In this document: in pieces, positions 47,901-60,643 of the stretch | How positions within the stretch are numbered: the stretch's first letter is position 1 | Layout: each line of letters starts with the position of its first letter | Assembly (NCBI GenBank): GCA_002269645.1 | Contig: NIVC01001189.1 | Coordinates: 1-64,000, forward strand | Direction of reading: 5' to 3' | DNA: 64,000 nucleotides | DNA from: Macrostomum lignano | Lineage: Eukaryota | The notes under the pieces: model-generated | Told to the model about the DNA's origin: nothing | What the model saw: the letters and a program-made list of their open reading frames with translations, nothing else | Databases searched by the model: none | Translations under genes and position numbers: made by a program

Positions 47901-50900
47901 TGAAAGCAATCTATACTAGCAAAAGTTAAACAAACAAAATCGAGCATGGGTTCCTAGTCAGCTATGGACCCCCCAAGACTGATTGAACAGGGCAGGGATG
48001 GAGAAGAGAGGTAAGTACTGCCTGTAGGTGGGAATTAAAAAATACCCACCACATACCCGCAGCTAAAGCTTCCTCATAGAATGGGATTTCAGACCAGTTT
48101 GAGAGAGTAAGCAGTTAGCTAGAAGCAGCAGCAGCAGCAGCAGTTCTCCAAAGAGTAGCTTCCCCTCTCTCTCTCTTTTTCCTATACTTCCCAAGTCCGA
48201 CCTCCCAACGGCTCTCTTCCACCCTCCCCCCCCAGCCTGCGGGCCCTTCGCGTGCGCCAGGTCCGACACCCGCGGCCTCCCCCCTCTTTCTCTCCCTCTC
48301 TTTCTCTCGCCCAGGAGAAATAAGAGAAAAAGAGAAAGAGAGAACTGGCAGCTCGCTGCAGAGCTCGGAGAGGGGAGTCCAGCTCAGGAAAGGAGACGCT
48401 GCATGGGAACTCCTGCCCTCCCAACAGCTCTGCTTCCCGCTCAACCTAGCAGGAGAGGGGATAGGAGGGCGAATAGATGGCGGCAGAGGGGATTTTATGA
48501 GGCTTAAACAGAAAGTACCCCTAAAAGCACCGGCTACTCGCCATTGTACCCCCCCCCAAAGCTTTCACTCACTCTCCCCTGCTTTACACTCTTCCCACAC
48601 ACACAAGTTGCGGCAAGTCAGCCAGTCAAAGCACAAAACCAGACGAGGAATTTTATTCTCGCCCCAGTTTCCCCGCACCACCAGGGGACCTGAAGTAATT
48701 CCTTTAAACTGTGCAGCACGGAGATCATCTAATGGCGTTTAATATTTACACAAATAACTGAGCTCAACTAAACGCATCAGACTGCTGTATCGAATTGCTC
48801 CGGAATTTTAAATAAACGAATATAAGAAGCCAGTCAACACTGAGAAAAGTTGAAATCGATATGTCATTTTCAATCTAGCGACACTTGAATCTAAATAGAA
48901 TAGGTTCCAGATCCCAATAGGCACCAAAAGCAGCTGGGAAGTTTATTAAGAAAGTCCCGCCACCCAAGACTGCTCACCTGTGTTTTGCGAATTCTCAAAT
49001 CAGCTGAAGAGCTGTTATTAGTCTCCTCCTGTTCGATGTTCTGCTCGATGACTGCAATTTGTTCATATGCACATGGAAAACATTGAATCCAACTAACAGA
49101 TTATAATATTATTGTAAATATGACCAGCCTGAGCTTTCTGTGCTCATCTCCATTACAATACTCTTGCATTAAAATTCGAAAATACTCACCTTTGAGTTTT
49201 CCCCGGACCTTGTTGGCATCCTTCTTGACCTCGGACATCAGCTCTTCCAGCTCCTCCTTCATCTCTGCAAAATATGAAAATGAAGACTAGTTAAAAATTA
49301 ATTACGAGCATAAATAGAGGACAATAAATTACCAGAGGGAGAGAGCTGTTCCTTTGGCTGAGTTTTCACATATTTAAAATCGTAAAATAGAGAACTATTT
49401 TAGAGCAATGAACTGGGAAGAGTATATGACGATAGATCTACCTAAGGATCTGAGAAGTTGCTGGCTCAGCCTAAGGATCTGGGAAGGTGGTGGCTCAGCC
49501 TGAGGATCTGAGAAGTTGGTGGCTCAGCCTGAAGATCTGAGAAGTTGGTGGCTCAGCCTGAAGATCTGAGAAGTTGGTGGCTCAGCCTGAAGATCTGAGA
49601 AGTTGGTGGCTCAGCCTGAGGATCTGAGAAGTTGGTGGCTCAGCCTAAGGATCTGGGAAGGTGGTGGCTCAGCCTGAGGATCTGAGAGTTTGGTGGCTCA
49701 GCCTAAGGATCTGAGAGGTTGGTGGCTCAGCCTAAGGATCTGAGAGGTTGGTGGCTCAGCCTAAGGATCTGGGAAGTTGGTGGCTCAGCCCAAGGATCTG
49801 GGGAGTTGGTGGCTCAGCCTAAGGATCTGGGAAGGTGGTGGCTCAGCCTGAGGATCTGATAAGTTAGTGGCTCAGCCTAAGGATCTGGGAAGTTGGTGGC
49901 TCAGCCTAAGGATCTGGGAAGGTGGTGGCTCAGCCTCAGGATCTGGGAAGTTGGTGGCTCAGCCTAAGGATCTGGGAAGTTGGTGGCTCAGCCTAAGGAT
50001 CTGGGAAGTTGGTGGCTCAGCCTGAGGATCTGGGAAGTTGGTGGCTCAGCCTGAGGATCTGATAAGTTAGTGGCTCAGCCTAAGGATATGGGAAGGTGGT
50101 GGCTCAGCCTGAAGATCTGGGAAGTTGGTGGCTCAGCCTGAGGATCTGATAAGTTAGTGGCTCAGCCTAAGGATATGGGAAGGTGGTGGCTCAGCCTGAA
50201 GATCTGAGAAGTTGGTGGCTCAGCCTGAGGATCTGAGAGGTTAGTGGCTCAGCCTAAGGATCTGAGAGGTTGGTAACTCAGCCTAAGGATCTGGGAAGTT
50301 GGTGGCTCAGCCTAAGGATCTGGGAAGTTTGTGGCTCAGCCTAAGGATCTGGGAAGTTGGTGGCTCAGCCTAAGGATCTGGGAAGGTGGTGGCTCAGCCT
50401 CAGGATCTGGGAAGTTGGTGGCTCAGCCTAAGGATCTGGGAAGGTGGTGGCTCAGCCTCAGGATCTGAGAAGTTAATGGCTCAGCCTGAGGATCTGAGAA
50501 GTTGGTGGCTCAGCCTAAGGATCTGGGAAGTTGGTGGCTCAGCCTAAGGATCTGAGAAGTTGGTGGCTCAGCCTGAAGATCTGAGAAGTTGGTGGCTCAG
50601 CCTAAGGATCTGAAAAGTTGGTGGCTCAGCCAGAGGATCTGGGAAGTTGGTGGCTCAGCCTAAGGATCTGAGAAGTTGGTGGCTCAGCCTAAGGATCTGA
50701 GAAGTTATTGGCTCAGCCTGAGGATCTGAGAGGTTGGTGGCTCAGCCTGAGGATCTGATAAGTTAGTGGCTCAGCCTAAGGATCTGAGAAGTTGGTGGCT
50801 CAGCCTAAGGATCTGAGAAGTTAATGGCTCAGCCTGAAGATCTGAGAAGTTGGTGGCCCAGCCTGAGGATCTGAGAAGTTGGTGGCTCAGCCTAAGGATC

Positions 50901-53247
50901 TGAGAAGTTGGTGGCTCAGCCTAAGGATCTGGGAAGTTATTGGCTCAGCCTGAGGATCTGAGAGGTTGGTGGCTCAGCCTGAGGATCTGAGAGGTTGGTG
51001 GCTCAGCCTGAAGATCGAGCATCAATCACATTCCCATAATACTTATGAGCAGTCGGACAACTCACTCTCGTCCTGATTAGGCGACGCCAAGATTGACGAG
51101 TGCTTCATTTTCACTTCGTTGACGTGCTCCTGTATTTTGTCAATCATCTGACGGATGCCCTCGACCTGTTCGAAGAATTCGTCCATAAAGCCGCCGCCCT
51201 TCTCCATCGGGATGGATGCGTGATCGTCGGCACCGGGGTCTGAGTGCCCATCATCGTCTGCCACCTGGTTATAATAATAATAATAATAATATCAATAGTT
51301 GTACTATAACAAATATACATCATAAAGCTGCAATTTTAATGACTCTCAGTTTTGTACATATTTTTGCAGATACAATTCCTAGATAAAAAGCTTGACATAA
51401 TCTGCAATGAAGCTGATTATTTATCTCCCTCAAGATATATATATTATCTTTTTTGATATGCTCACTAGCATTTTTTTACTACAAAAAGTCAGGTTTATTA
51501 AGTTTTGAAATAAAATAGCCAAGAAAATTGGAACTTGCACATCAACTAAATCTGTTTGTAAAGTATAAACATGAACAATAAATGACTATTAGTCTAGCAA
51601 AAAAATTAGCTTAGACTCTAAGGTAGATTCTTAAATGTTAAAATATAAAGTAGGATATTCTATAATAACATATTTAAGATCATACAAAAGCTTAGGGAAT
51701 AGCAATATTTTAGTAACAAATTTATATAATAATAAGACTAGTTGTTGATTACTTTGGTATTTAAGTCCATTAAAAATATATTACTTTTTTTAGAGGGGGC
51801 CATAGCCCAGCGGTAGTGCAGCTGCTCTGGTATGCCAGCGACCCAGGCTCGATTCCAAGTGCAGCCACATTAATTTGGGGCTGGATTGGAATCTTGGCTT
51901 GGCTCGCTTGTGCAATTAACGGCCTTGAGAGCCAACCCCCCCAAGGCACAGTGAAGTGTACATGCCTAACAATTGATAAAGTTAGGGCCGCTGTACACTC
52001 CTGTGTGAGTGTGTGCCTGCGTAATGTATCCGCGCGCTTGTATGCCTGCTCAGGGGAGTCGGCGGAATGGGCAGTAATGCCTCTCGCCGGTTGTGTGCCA
52101 ATGACGCTTAAATTGCGCCAGAATGCACACAACCCCCCTGCCTCTAAAAAAATATTACTTTTTTCAATGTTTCAAACTTTTATTGAGTATTACACATATA
52201 ATCTTAAAGCTATTTAGTGATATTTTCATTACAGTATTTTCTATTTTTTCTTTAATTTGAAAATTATTATAATTACAGATTAAGGATATAGCAATTTTTT
52301 ATAATTTATACATATTATAAATATTTTTACTTTTTATAAATATATATAGGGTATATATATAGCCTAGACAATTATTGTATATAATATAATAATCATTTAT
52401 AATATTAAAATTTAAACAATGACTTTAATTCTTGAGAATAAAACAATAAAATAGCAACTACAAAATATATATACTCAGAAACATTTAAAAGTTCTACCTG
52501 TACAAATTGCATAGATATAGAGAAATAACTTCTCATTTGAAATGTATAGTAAAAAGTAAATAAAATACATTTAGCTTATGGAAAGAAATTTTAACTGTTG
52601 TTGGGTATATTTATGTGTAATTGAATGTTATGTTAAGAGTTAATATAAATAACAATAAAAATCTGTACATACGCAAATTAAATATATTGTTTGTAATAAA
52701 AAATCATAAAATATACCTAAAAATATTATAATACTACATAGGCATTACTTGAAGTTGTACAAATTTCCATCTAGTTCTATAACTTAGTAGTGTATTAATA
52801 ACAAAAACTAGTTGAAACAGTTTAACTAGTTGAACCAGCTGAGCTTGAACAAGTAAAACAAAAAATTCATAATTTAAATTTAAAACTAACATTACAATTC
52901 CCACATCATACACTAAATAAATACGCCATGACTAGGGACACGGCGGCCGTGCCTCTAACTCTATGTCTAAGGACACGGCCGCCGTGTCCCTAGCTACCAC
53001 GCTACTCTGTGCCTAGAGCCACGGTGGCCGTGACATAGAGTTAGAGGCACGGCCGCCGTGTCCCTAGACATGGCGAAATAAATAAAGTGCATTAAATATC
53101 ACAGCAAAATATTAATCAAAAAAATATAAATTTACTTATTCACAAGGGTTAGGGAGGGGTAGCTGGGAAAAAATCAAGAAATTGAAAACTTACATAGCCA
53201 GTTGTTCCTCTAGCTTGCTTGAAATCTAATAGCCTATCCTTTGTCAT
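40965..53247 (-). CDS. STX1A: Syntaxin-1 (neuronal Qa-SNARE; Syx1A/unc-64 orthologue), 9 exons, 305 aa
   Basis: Exons 53247-53194, 51264-51066, 49264-49190, 49051-48978, 47039-46931, 42959-42886, 42620-42483, 41488-41378 and 41048-40965, all GT-AG and phase-compatible. Motifs: N-peptide [25 protein letters not shown], the SNARE helix [50 protein letters not shown] and a C-terminal TM segment. Confidence 0.97.
41081..41279. promoter_or_regulatory. Cluster of RFX X-box-like palindromes, mostly within an about 38-bp tandem repeat in the last syntaxin intron
   Basis: GTTACCATGGTAAC 41081, GTTGCGTGGCAAC 41150, GTTGCCATGGCAAC 41185, GTTGCCATGATAAC 41223 and GTTGCCATGGCAAC 41266. Function is not shown. 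Confidence 0.45.
41520..41950. repeat. 24-bp minisatellite grading into a (TGTC)n microsatellite, syntaxin intron 7
   Basis: Direct observation. Confidence 0.95.
43320..43995. repeat. Tandem repeat, 94-bp unit x about 7, syntaxin intron 5
   Basis: ATTGTAGATTCTATAGTCTATGGCCCC recurs at 43321, 43415 and onward. Confidence 0.95.
45108..45482. mobile_element. hAT-type MITE, family B, copy 2 (inverted; expanded AG-rich interior)
   Basis: TIRs and a TSD ATCTACGC/ACCTACGC. Homologous to 13239-13472. Confidence 0.85.
49440..51015. repeat. Minisatellite, 30-bp unit CCTAAGGATCTGAGAAGTTGGTGGCTCAG(C), syntaxin intron 2
   Basis: About 52 tandem copies. Confidence 0.97.
51792..52145 (+). mobile_element. 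tRNA-derived SINE, about 350 bp, apparently full length
   Basis: A-box TAGCCCAGCGG (about 51803) and B-box-like GGCTCGATTCC (about 51846). It is flanked by the near-identical direct repeat AAAA(A/T)ATATTACTTTTTT and is a GC-rich island in an AT-rich intron. Confidence 0.8.
52924..53075. mobile_element. Mutator-like foldback MITE (152 bp)
   Basis: Perfect 36-bp inverted arms 52932-52967 and 53032-53067 plus CGCCATG/CATGGCG termini. 9-bp TSD AAATAAATA at 52915-52923 and 53076-53084. Confidence 0.8.
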
Positions 53248-53559
53248 TATTCATAGATAATTAAAATTCATATATAGAAAAATTTAGTTAAGAGAGTGAC
53301 ACATAGTCAAGTAAGAAAGAACAAATGCAAGTCTATAATAAAGATTCGCTACGAAAAGATAGTCTAGGTAGGTTAACTGTGTCTGTGTGGTCTGTTAAGA
53401 GATTGGTTTCATAGAAATATTCTTCAAGCAAAAACGATAACTGAAAAAGTTTTACGAGGTTATAACGACATTTTTGGCCATTATATTTTAGCGTTCCCTT
53501 TTGCTGATATAAATGAAATGGTGAGATATTAAGAAAACATATAATATAATTTTATTGAT

Positions 53560-53561
<2 letters not shown>

Positions 53562-53599
<38 letters not shown>
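53562..53599. repeat. (AT)n microsatellite
   Basis: Direct observation. Confidence 0.95.
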
Positions 53600-53601
<2 letters not shown>

Positions 53602-55677
53602 AGAAAAGCAACTATGCTGTTGCCTGTTAGCTGTTACACACAGGCTACGCTACATTGTGTTTCATTAAATGCATTAGAATGAAAGCAGCAGTGTTTGAAA
53701 TTATTATTTCTTTCACTACTTCAGATTCTGCTATTGTGTGGTTAATTAATTGATTTTGTGTAAATTTAGCTAGTCTTGGATCAATTCTGAGTTATCTAAG
53801 TGTAATTCTATAATTCTAAGTGTCTATTAAACCTGTGATTCCATTTCAAAAAGCATTGAATTGAAGCATTTTACCCAAAATAAGAATTCGGTCTAGCTTT
53901 CGATCTTTTCAGTCTAGCTACATGAAACAGTACTGTGCTTAGTGCTTACACCGTCAAATAGCTAGATAATGCCTATCTGCTATCACACAATGAAGCCGAA
54001 GGAAAAGTAGTGATGAAGTTATATTTATAACACTTCGCATCCGAGGGCCGGTATGCATGGGCTTGACTGCGAAAAAATATAAGTCTCCTGTCCAGATTGG
54101 AGAAGAACTGCAAGATTCCTAGCTTTAAGTATCATTTTCGAATTGCTTCTGGAAAGGAAAGCTCAGCTTTTGCATATGAATCAGCTGTGGTAGCGGTAGT
54201 TGTAGCCCTAAACCTTAGGCTTAGCCTTAGCCTTAAAAGCCCTAAACAGTAATTTGAACTATAGGCCTAGGGCCTAAGTATAGCAATTAATTATTCGCCA
54301 GAATCTTGGTGAATGGTGATGCAGTTTGTAGGTTGATTATATGAGAGGGCTAACCAGGCCTAACCCAAAAGTAAGTTTTGCTTTAGCCCACTGGGAATTA
54401 GTGGCTCCTACCTCCTATCATTTCTAGTCTAAGAGTTCTAGGCCTATATAGTCATAGACTAGACTACATCAAGGACTGCTTAACTGGAGGACTACTTATT
54501 AATGTCAATACTTGAGTAGTCCTTGGACTAAATGCTTATGACTATGTCTACAAATTTAGCCAATGGCAATTCCTTTGATTTGAATATTATGGCTTATGCA
54601 TAACCCCAACAAACAAAATTTGAATATTGACAAGCTAAAATGTTCTAAAAGATTAATTAAAGATTACACTTTTACTATTAAAAAGCTTATGTTTACTATT
54701 AAAATTTTTGCATGTTTTTATTGGCTATTTTTTAGTGACCATATATATACTAATTTTTAAACTAAGGCCTAGTTATACTAGAATTAGATTTAAGATTTAA
54801 GATATCAAAATTCTTATAGGCCCTATATCTATCTATAATATAAGCTATAGCTCTAATGCCATAATGCCATGGAACCATATTTTTAAAAATTTCCTTTCAT
54901 TTTTTGCTTTTTTATCATTTTTTAGGTAAAACATTATCCCTATAGCCTATACACATTATCTTGGCTGTTACTAGATACTAGACAAAAACTTACCTACTAA
55001 TATTAGTATTATTACTATTAATCTTTTGAATGAAGCCAATTATTAGATATTATTTATTAAAAATTATTTTTTGTTTACTGACAATTAACTTTGTTATTAA
55101 TGATAATTGTTCTAACCTTTCAAAGTTATTAAATAAAATATAGTGCCTAGCACTAATGATAAAAAAATTCAGATAAAAATATATTTTTATAGCTTTATGA
55201 TGGCTTCAATTATCTAGACAATAGTCAAAGATTAAGCTTTTTTAAGGAATACAAAAAGAAATTTATATACCTTTAAAAATTATGTGATCCATGGCATTGA
55301 TTGTTACATTATAATATTGCCAAATCTATATTAATAAAGTTGTATAAAGCATTAAATGAATGACGCTTAAATGAGATTGAAAACTTGGGGATTAGGCAAA
55401 ATTGAGGTCCTTTTTGTTAAAATCCTGGGACTTTAAGGTAATTTTAGAGTTGGATCAACTATTAAAAATCCCTATCTTCTACTCTAGCTATCTTATATAT
55501 AAGCATGCATTTTTGTAACTATAATTGTTAATTGGATCCTAAGATTTTAGGACTGGGATTATATCCTACCTCCATTGTTTTAGTCCTAATTTTAGATGTT
55601 TAATAAGATCTGGGTCTTGTCTTAGCATGATGTATTGCATCCTACCAGACCTACCTTGCTGATTTGCATGTACCAGC

Positions 55678-58600
55678 ATGGAGATGGAAGGTGCTAACCA
55701 GCAGCTGCTGCAGGCTGAGCAGCAGGCAGTTGCTGATTCTCAGCAGCCACCATCTCTGTTGCTTCAGCAGCAGCAGCCTCTGGTTCTTGGTGGCCTAGGG
55801 TCCCGCAGGAAGCGTTGGCCCGAGACTAGTAGGGCACCAAGCGCTGGCAGAGTCTCACCATTGTCAACAAGCGGCGGCTGTGGCGGTGCAGCCACGTCGT
55901 CAGAAAAGTGCTTCAAAGCTGGCCAAGAGAGTCGCATGGTGTCGGCCGCTGGCTATCCGGCCAAGCTGCTGTCCCAGCTCAACCTGCTCAGGCTATGCTC
56001 AGACTACTGCGACCTGACCCTCAGCGCTGGCGGGGTCCAGTTTCCCGTGCATAAAAACGTGCTGGTGGCTAGCAGCGACTATTTCAGGGCCGCGTTCAGT
56101 TCAGGCATGCGCGAAGCCGGAGCCTCTTGCCTGGAGCTTAAAGGCGTCACCGCCGAGGGCCTGCAGGCTGTGCTGGAGTTCGTGTACACCGGCTCGTTGG
56201 CTCTATCAGTTGATCGGGCTGAGGATATTCTCAATACGGCGTCGCATCTTCAGGTGTGCTTTATAATTAATTGTCCAATTTCCAGCCTTTAGGTTCAAAG
56301 TCGTTGCATATCAGTTTCGAATTCCCAGATAATGGCGATTCGAAACCTTTGCATCGCATTCAGTTGCAGAATGCGAACTTCCAGTTGCAGAATCCAAAAT
56401 CCCTGTTGCAGAATCCAAAATCCCTGTTGCAGAATTCAAAATCCCAGTTGCAGAATTCAAAATCTCTGTTGCAGAATCCAAAATCCCAGTTGCAGAATCT
56501 AAAATCCCAGTTGCAGAATCCAAAATCCCTGTTGCAGAATCCAAAATCTCTGTTGCAGAATCCAAAATCCCAGTTGCAGAATCTAAAATCTCAAAAACCC
56601 CACTTGCAGAATGCAAAATCCCTGTTGCAGAATCCAAAATCCCTGTTGCAGAATTCAAAATCTCTGTTGCAGAATTCAAAATCCCAGTTGCAGAATTAAA
56701 AATCCCAGTTGCAGAATTCAAAATCTCTGTTGCAGAATCCAAAATCCCAGTTGCAGAATCTAAAATCTCAAAAACCCCAGTTGCAGAATGCAAAATCCCT
56801 GTTGCAGAATCCAAAATCCCAGTTGCAGAATCCAAAATCCCTGTTGCAGAATTCAAAATCTCTGTTGCAGAATTCAAAATCCCAGTTGCAGAATTAAAAA
56901 TCCCAGTTGCAGAATTCAAAATCTCTGTTGCAGAATCCAAAATCCCAGTTGCAGAATCTAAAATCTCAAAAACCCCAGTTGCAGAATGCAAAATCCCTGT
57001 TGCAGAATCCAAAATCCCTGTTGCAGAATTCAAAATCCCAGTTGCAGATTTTCGAACTGGGATTCGAATCCAAAATCCCTGTTGCAGAATCCAAAATCCC
57101 AGTTGCAGAATCCAAAATCCCTGTTGCAGAATTCAAAATCCCAGTTGCAGAATCCAAAATCCCAGTTGCAGAATCCAAAATCCCTGTTGCAGAATCCAAA
57201 ATCCCTGTTGCAGAATCCATAATCCCAGTTGCAGAATCCAAAATCCCAGTTGCAGAATTCAAAATCCCTGTTGCAGAATCCAAAATCCCAGTTGCAGAAT
57301 TCAAAATCTCTGTTGCAGAATCCAAAATCCCAGTTGCAGAATCCAAAATCCCTGTTGCAGAATTCAAAATCCCAGTTGCAGATTTTCGAACTGGGATTCG
57401 AATCCAAAATCCCTGTTGCAGAATCCAAAATCTCAAAAACCCCAAAATCTCAACCCCAGTTGCAGATTAAGTCTTCCATACATTTCATATCTTAACTTTC
57501 ATATATCATATACTTATTGTTTTTTTTGCAATCCAGATCAGCGAGGCAGTGCAGCTCTGCATTCGCTTTCTTCAGCTGGCCCTGTCCCTTGATAACTGCG
57601 TAGAACTGCTCAACCTCAGTGAGCTCTACTGCCTCGACGAGTTCGGCTCAAATGTTCGTACCTTTCTGTTGGAGAACTTTGAGGATCTGTGCCGATGCGG
57701 CGCCTTGCAGCGTCTGACCGCCGCTCAGCTATCCGACCTGCTGGGCGACAATCGGCTTCGCGTTGCTGGCGAGTACCTGGTGTTCTTCGCTGTGGTGCAG
57801 TGGCTGGAGCACGAGCCCGACTCCAGGCTGCCTGCGGTTGGCGACTTAATTGATCAGGTAAGTTGACTGGCTTTTAATATTGCGCTGTTTCATTAGAATA
57901 TGGACTATCTTCATTATATGATGGACTATCTTCATTAGAGGATAGACTATCTTCATTAGAGGATGGACTATCTTCATTAGAGGATAGACTATCTTCATTA
58001 GAGGATAGACTAGGCCTATCTTCATTAGAGGATGGACTATCTTCATTAGAGGATAGACTATCTTCATTAGAGGATGGACTATCTTCATTAGAGGATAGAC
58101 TATCTTCATTAGAGGATGGACTATCTTCATTAGAGGATAGACTATCTTCATTAGAGGATGGACTGTCTTCATTATATGATGGACTATCTTCATTATATGA
58201 TGGACTATCTTCATTATATGATGGACTATCTTCATTATATGATGGACTATCTTCATTATATGATGGACTATCTTCATTAGAGGATAGACTATCTTCATTA
58301 TATGATGGACTATCTTCATTATATGATGGACTATCTTCATTATATGATGGACTATCTTCATTATATGATGGACTATCTTCATTATATGATGGACTATCTT
58401 CATTAGAGGATAGACCATATTCATTAGAGGATGGACTATCTTCATTATATGATGGACTATCTTCATTATATCTTCATTATATCTTCATTATTATCCTCTA
58501 TAGAGGATAGACTATCTTCATTAGAGGATGGGGTATCTTCATTAAAAGATATAGATTTTCAAAAACTCAACCCCCTTGGTTGAACAGAAGGAGAAATCAA

Positions 58601-60643
58601 CCAGAAGCTTTATCATCGCATTCCCAAGTGTTAAAACCCCAACTCCCAGGTCCGCCTGCCGTTGCTAAGCGGCGAACACCTGGTTGAAAAAGTGAGCTGC
58701 ATCGGTTTCATGCGCGACGTGCCAGCCTGCTCGGACCGGCTGACGGAGGCCAAGGACTACCACCTGGTGGTGAACAAGCAGCCGGTCATGCAGACGCCGC
58801 GCACCCGGGTCCGCAACCATCAGCGCAGTGTTGTCATGTGTCACGCCGAAAATCTTGAAGCCTTTAACTTGGCCACTAAGCGGCACGCGTTTTTAAAAGA
58901 CTGCGCCGTTCCTCTCTATAATCCGTGCATCTGCGAGTTGGCGAATTTTCTGTACGCCTGCGGCGGCCGCTACGACGGCAACGAGGCCTCCGAAATGGCG
59001 TCCGCTCGCTGCTTTCGCTACGATCCCAGATTCGACGCCTGGCACGAGCTGGTGCCTATGAACGAGGCGCGAAAGGATTTCGCACTGGTGGCCACCGGCA
59101 ACTCCTGCCTGATGGCTATTGGCGGCCAGGACGAGAACATGGTGATGTGCACCGTTGAGCGGCTCTGCATCGCTACTGGCGAATGGCGATTCTTGCCGTC
59201 GCTGCAGCACGCCGTCTACTGCCATGCTGCCGCCGTCTGCGACTCCAGGTATAGTTTTCAACTAGCAATCAGCTTCAGCAGATGGGGAAGGATTGGAAAG
59301 GGAAGATAGAAGGGGGGAGGAAGAAAGATAGGGGAGAGGGAAGGAATGGAAGATAGGGGAGAGGGAAGGAAGGAAGATAGGAGAGGGAAGATAGGAGAGG
59401 GAAGGAAGGAAGATAGGAGAGGGAAGGAAGGAAGATAGGAGAGGGAGGGAAGGAAGGAAGATAGGAGAAGGAAGGAAGGAAGATAGGAGAGGGAGGGAAG
59501 GAAGGAAGATAGGAGAGGGAGGGAAGGAAGGAAGATATGGGAGGGAAGGAAGGAAGGAAGATAGGAGAAGGAAGGAAGGAAGATAGGAGAGGGAGGGAAG
59601 GAAGGAAGATATGGGAGGGAAGGAAGGAAGGAAGATAGGAGAAGGAAGGAAGGAAGATAGGAGAGGGAGGGAAGGAAGGAAGATAGGAGAAGGAAGGAAG
59701 GAAGATAGGAGAGGGAGGGAAGGAAGGAAGATAGGAGAGGGAGGGAAGGAAGGAAGATATGGGAGGGAAGGAAGGAAGGAAGATAGGAGAAGGAAGGAAG
59801 GAAGATATGGGAGGGGAGGAAGGATGGAGAGGGAAGGAAGGAAGATAGGAGAGAGAAGGAAGGAAGATATGGCAGGGGAGGAAGGATGGATGAGGGAAGG
59901 AAGGAAGATAGGAGAGGGGCGGACGCGGAAGGAAGATAGGAGAGGGGCGGAAGGAAGATAGGAGAGGGGCGGAAGGAAGATAGGAGAGGGGCGGAAGGAA
60001 GATAGGAGAGGGAGGCAGGAGGGAAGGTAGGTAAGGAAATATTATAGTGGCTAATAGTAAAGGAGGTGCAGCAGGTTTTACTTTATAAAAAATCGCTCTA
60101 TCCTGAGAGCGAGGTAGAGGGCGTTATCACATCTCTTCAGTGTTGCATTTTCTAACTGGTGAAGTAACTCTGCTTTACCAACTCGCTGCTAGGGTGTTCG
60201 TATCCGGCGGCCAGAGATACGACGGCTATTGCGACAGTCTGATCTGCTACGAGCCGGACTCCGAGCTGTGGGCCTCGCGAGCTGCCATGCTGAACAAGCG
60301 CGGCAATCACATAATGGAGTGCGTTGGCTCTCGTCTGTTTGTCCTTGGCGGCAATGTTGAAGACATCTACGGCTTCCCTGTGCCTGTGACGCCTATCGAG
60401 TCTTACAATTCCATAGCCGATCAGTGGACTCTGCTCCGCTGCTCCATCACTATTCGGGAGGCTGGCAGCTGCGTGTTGGACAGCAGAATCTACATAGCTG
60501 GCGGGCTGGATGGGGAGAACTATTACAGCCATTCTCTGCAGGTGTACGACACCCAGAAGGACGAGGTGCAACTGGTTGAAAGGTTCCCTACTAGGATTTA
60601 CGGTCGAGTGTGCTGCCTCATGACTCTGCCGCAGGGTCTGTGA
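55678..60643 (+). CDS. BTB-BACK-Kelch protein (Cul3 adaptor), KLHL9/13/26/36-like, 4 exons, 648 aa
   Basis: Exons 55678-56253, 57537-57857, 58650-59248 and 60193-60643, GT-AG with phases 0, 0 and 2. BTB motifs CDLTL...FPVHKNVLVASSDYFRAAF. BACK motifs SLDNCVELL...VVQWLEHE. Kelch repeats FLYACGG, FRYDPRFDAW, LFVLGG, IYIAGG. Confidence 0.95.
56375..57470. repeat. Minisatellite, 21-bp unit CAGAATCCAAAATCCC(T/A)GTTG, with about 198-bp higher-order blocks, Kelch intron 1
   Basis: Direct periodicity. Confidence 0.97.
57895..58540. repeat. Minisatellite, 21-bp unit GACTATCTTCATTA(TATGATG/GAGGAT(A/G)), Kelch intron 2
   Basis: Direct periodicity. Confidence 0.96.
59290..60030. repeat. Polypurine degenerate repeat (GGAAGGAAGATAGGAGAG-like), Kelch intron 3
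   Basis: Almost exclusively G/A on the plus strand. Confidence 0.95.

Noticed and set aside
47280-48480. GA-rich segments with a short shared motif (GGCGAATAGATGG) in syntaxin intron 4
   Set aside because: The similarity is too short to define an element or a duplicated alternative exon.
56271-58466. Repeat-protein ORFs (QNPKSLL, DSATGIL, MKIVHHI) and 59611..59961, 61159..61606
   Set aside because: They derive from intronic or downstream minisatellites, and the Kelch gene splices cleanly across the intronic ones.
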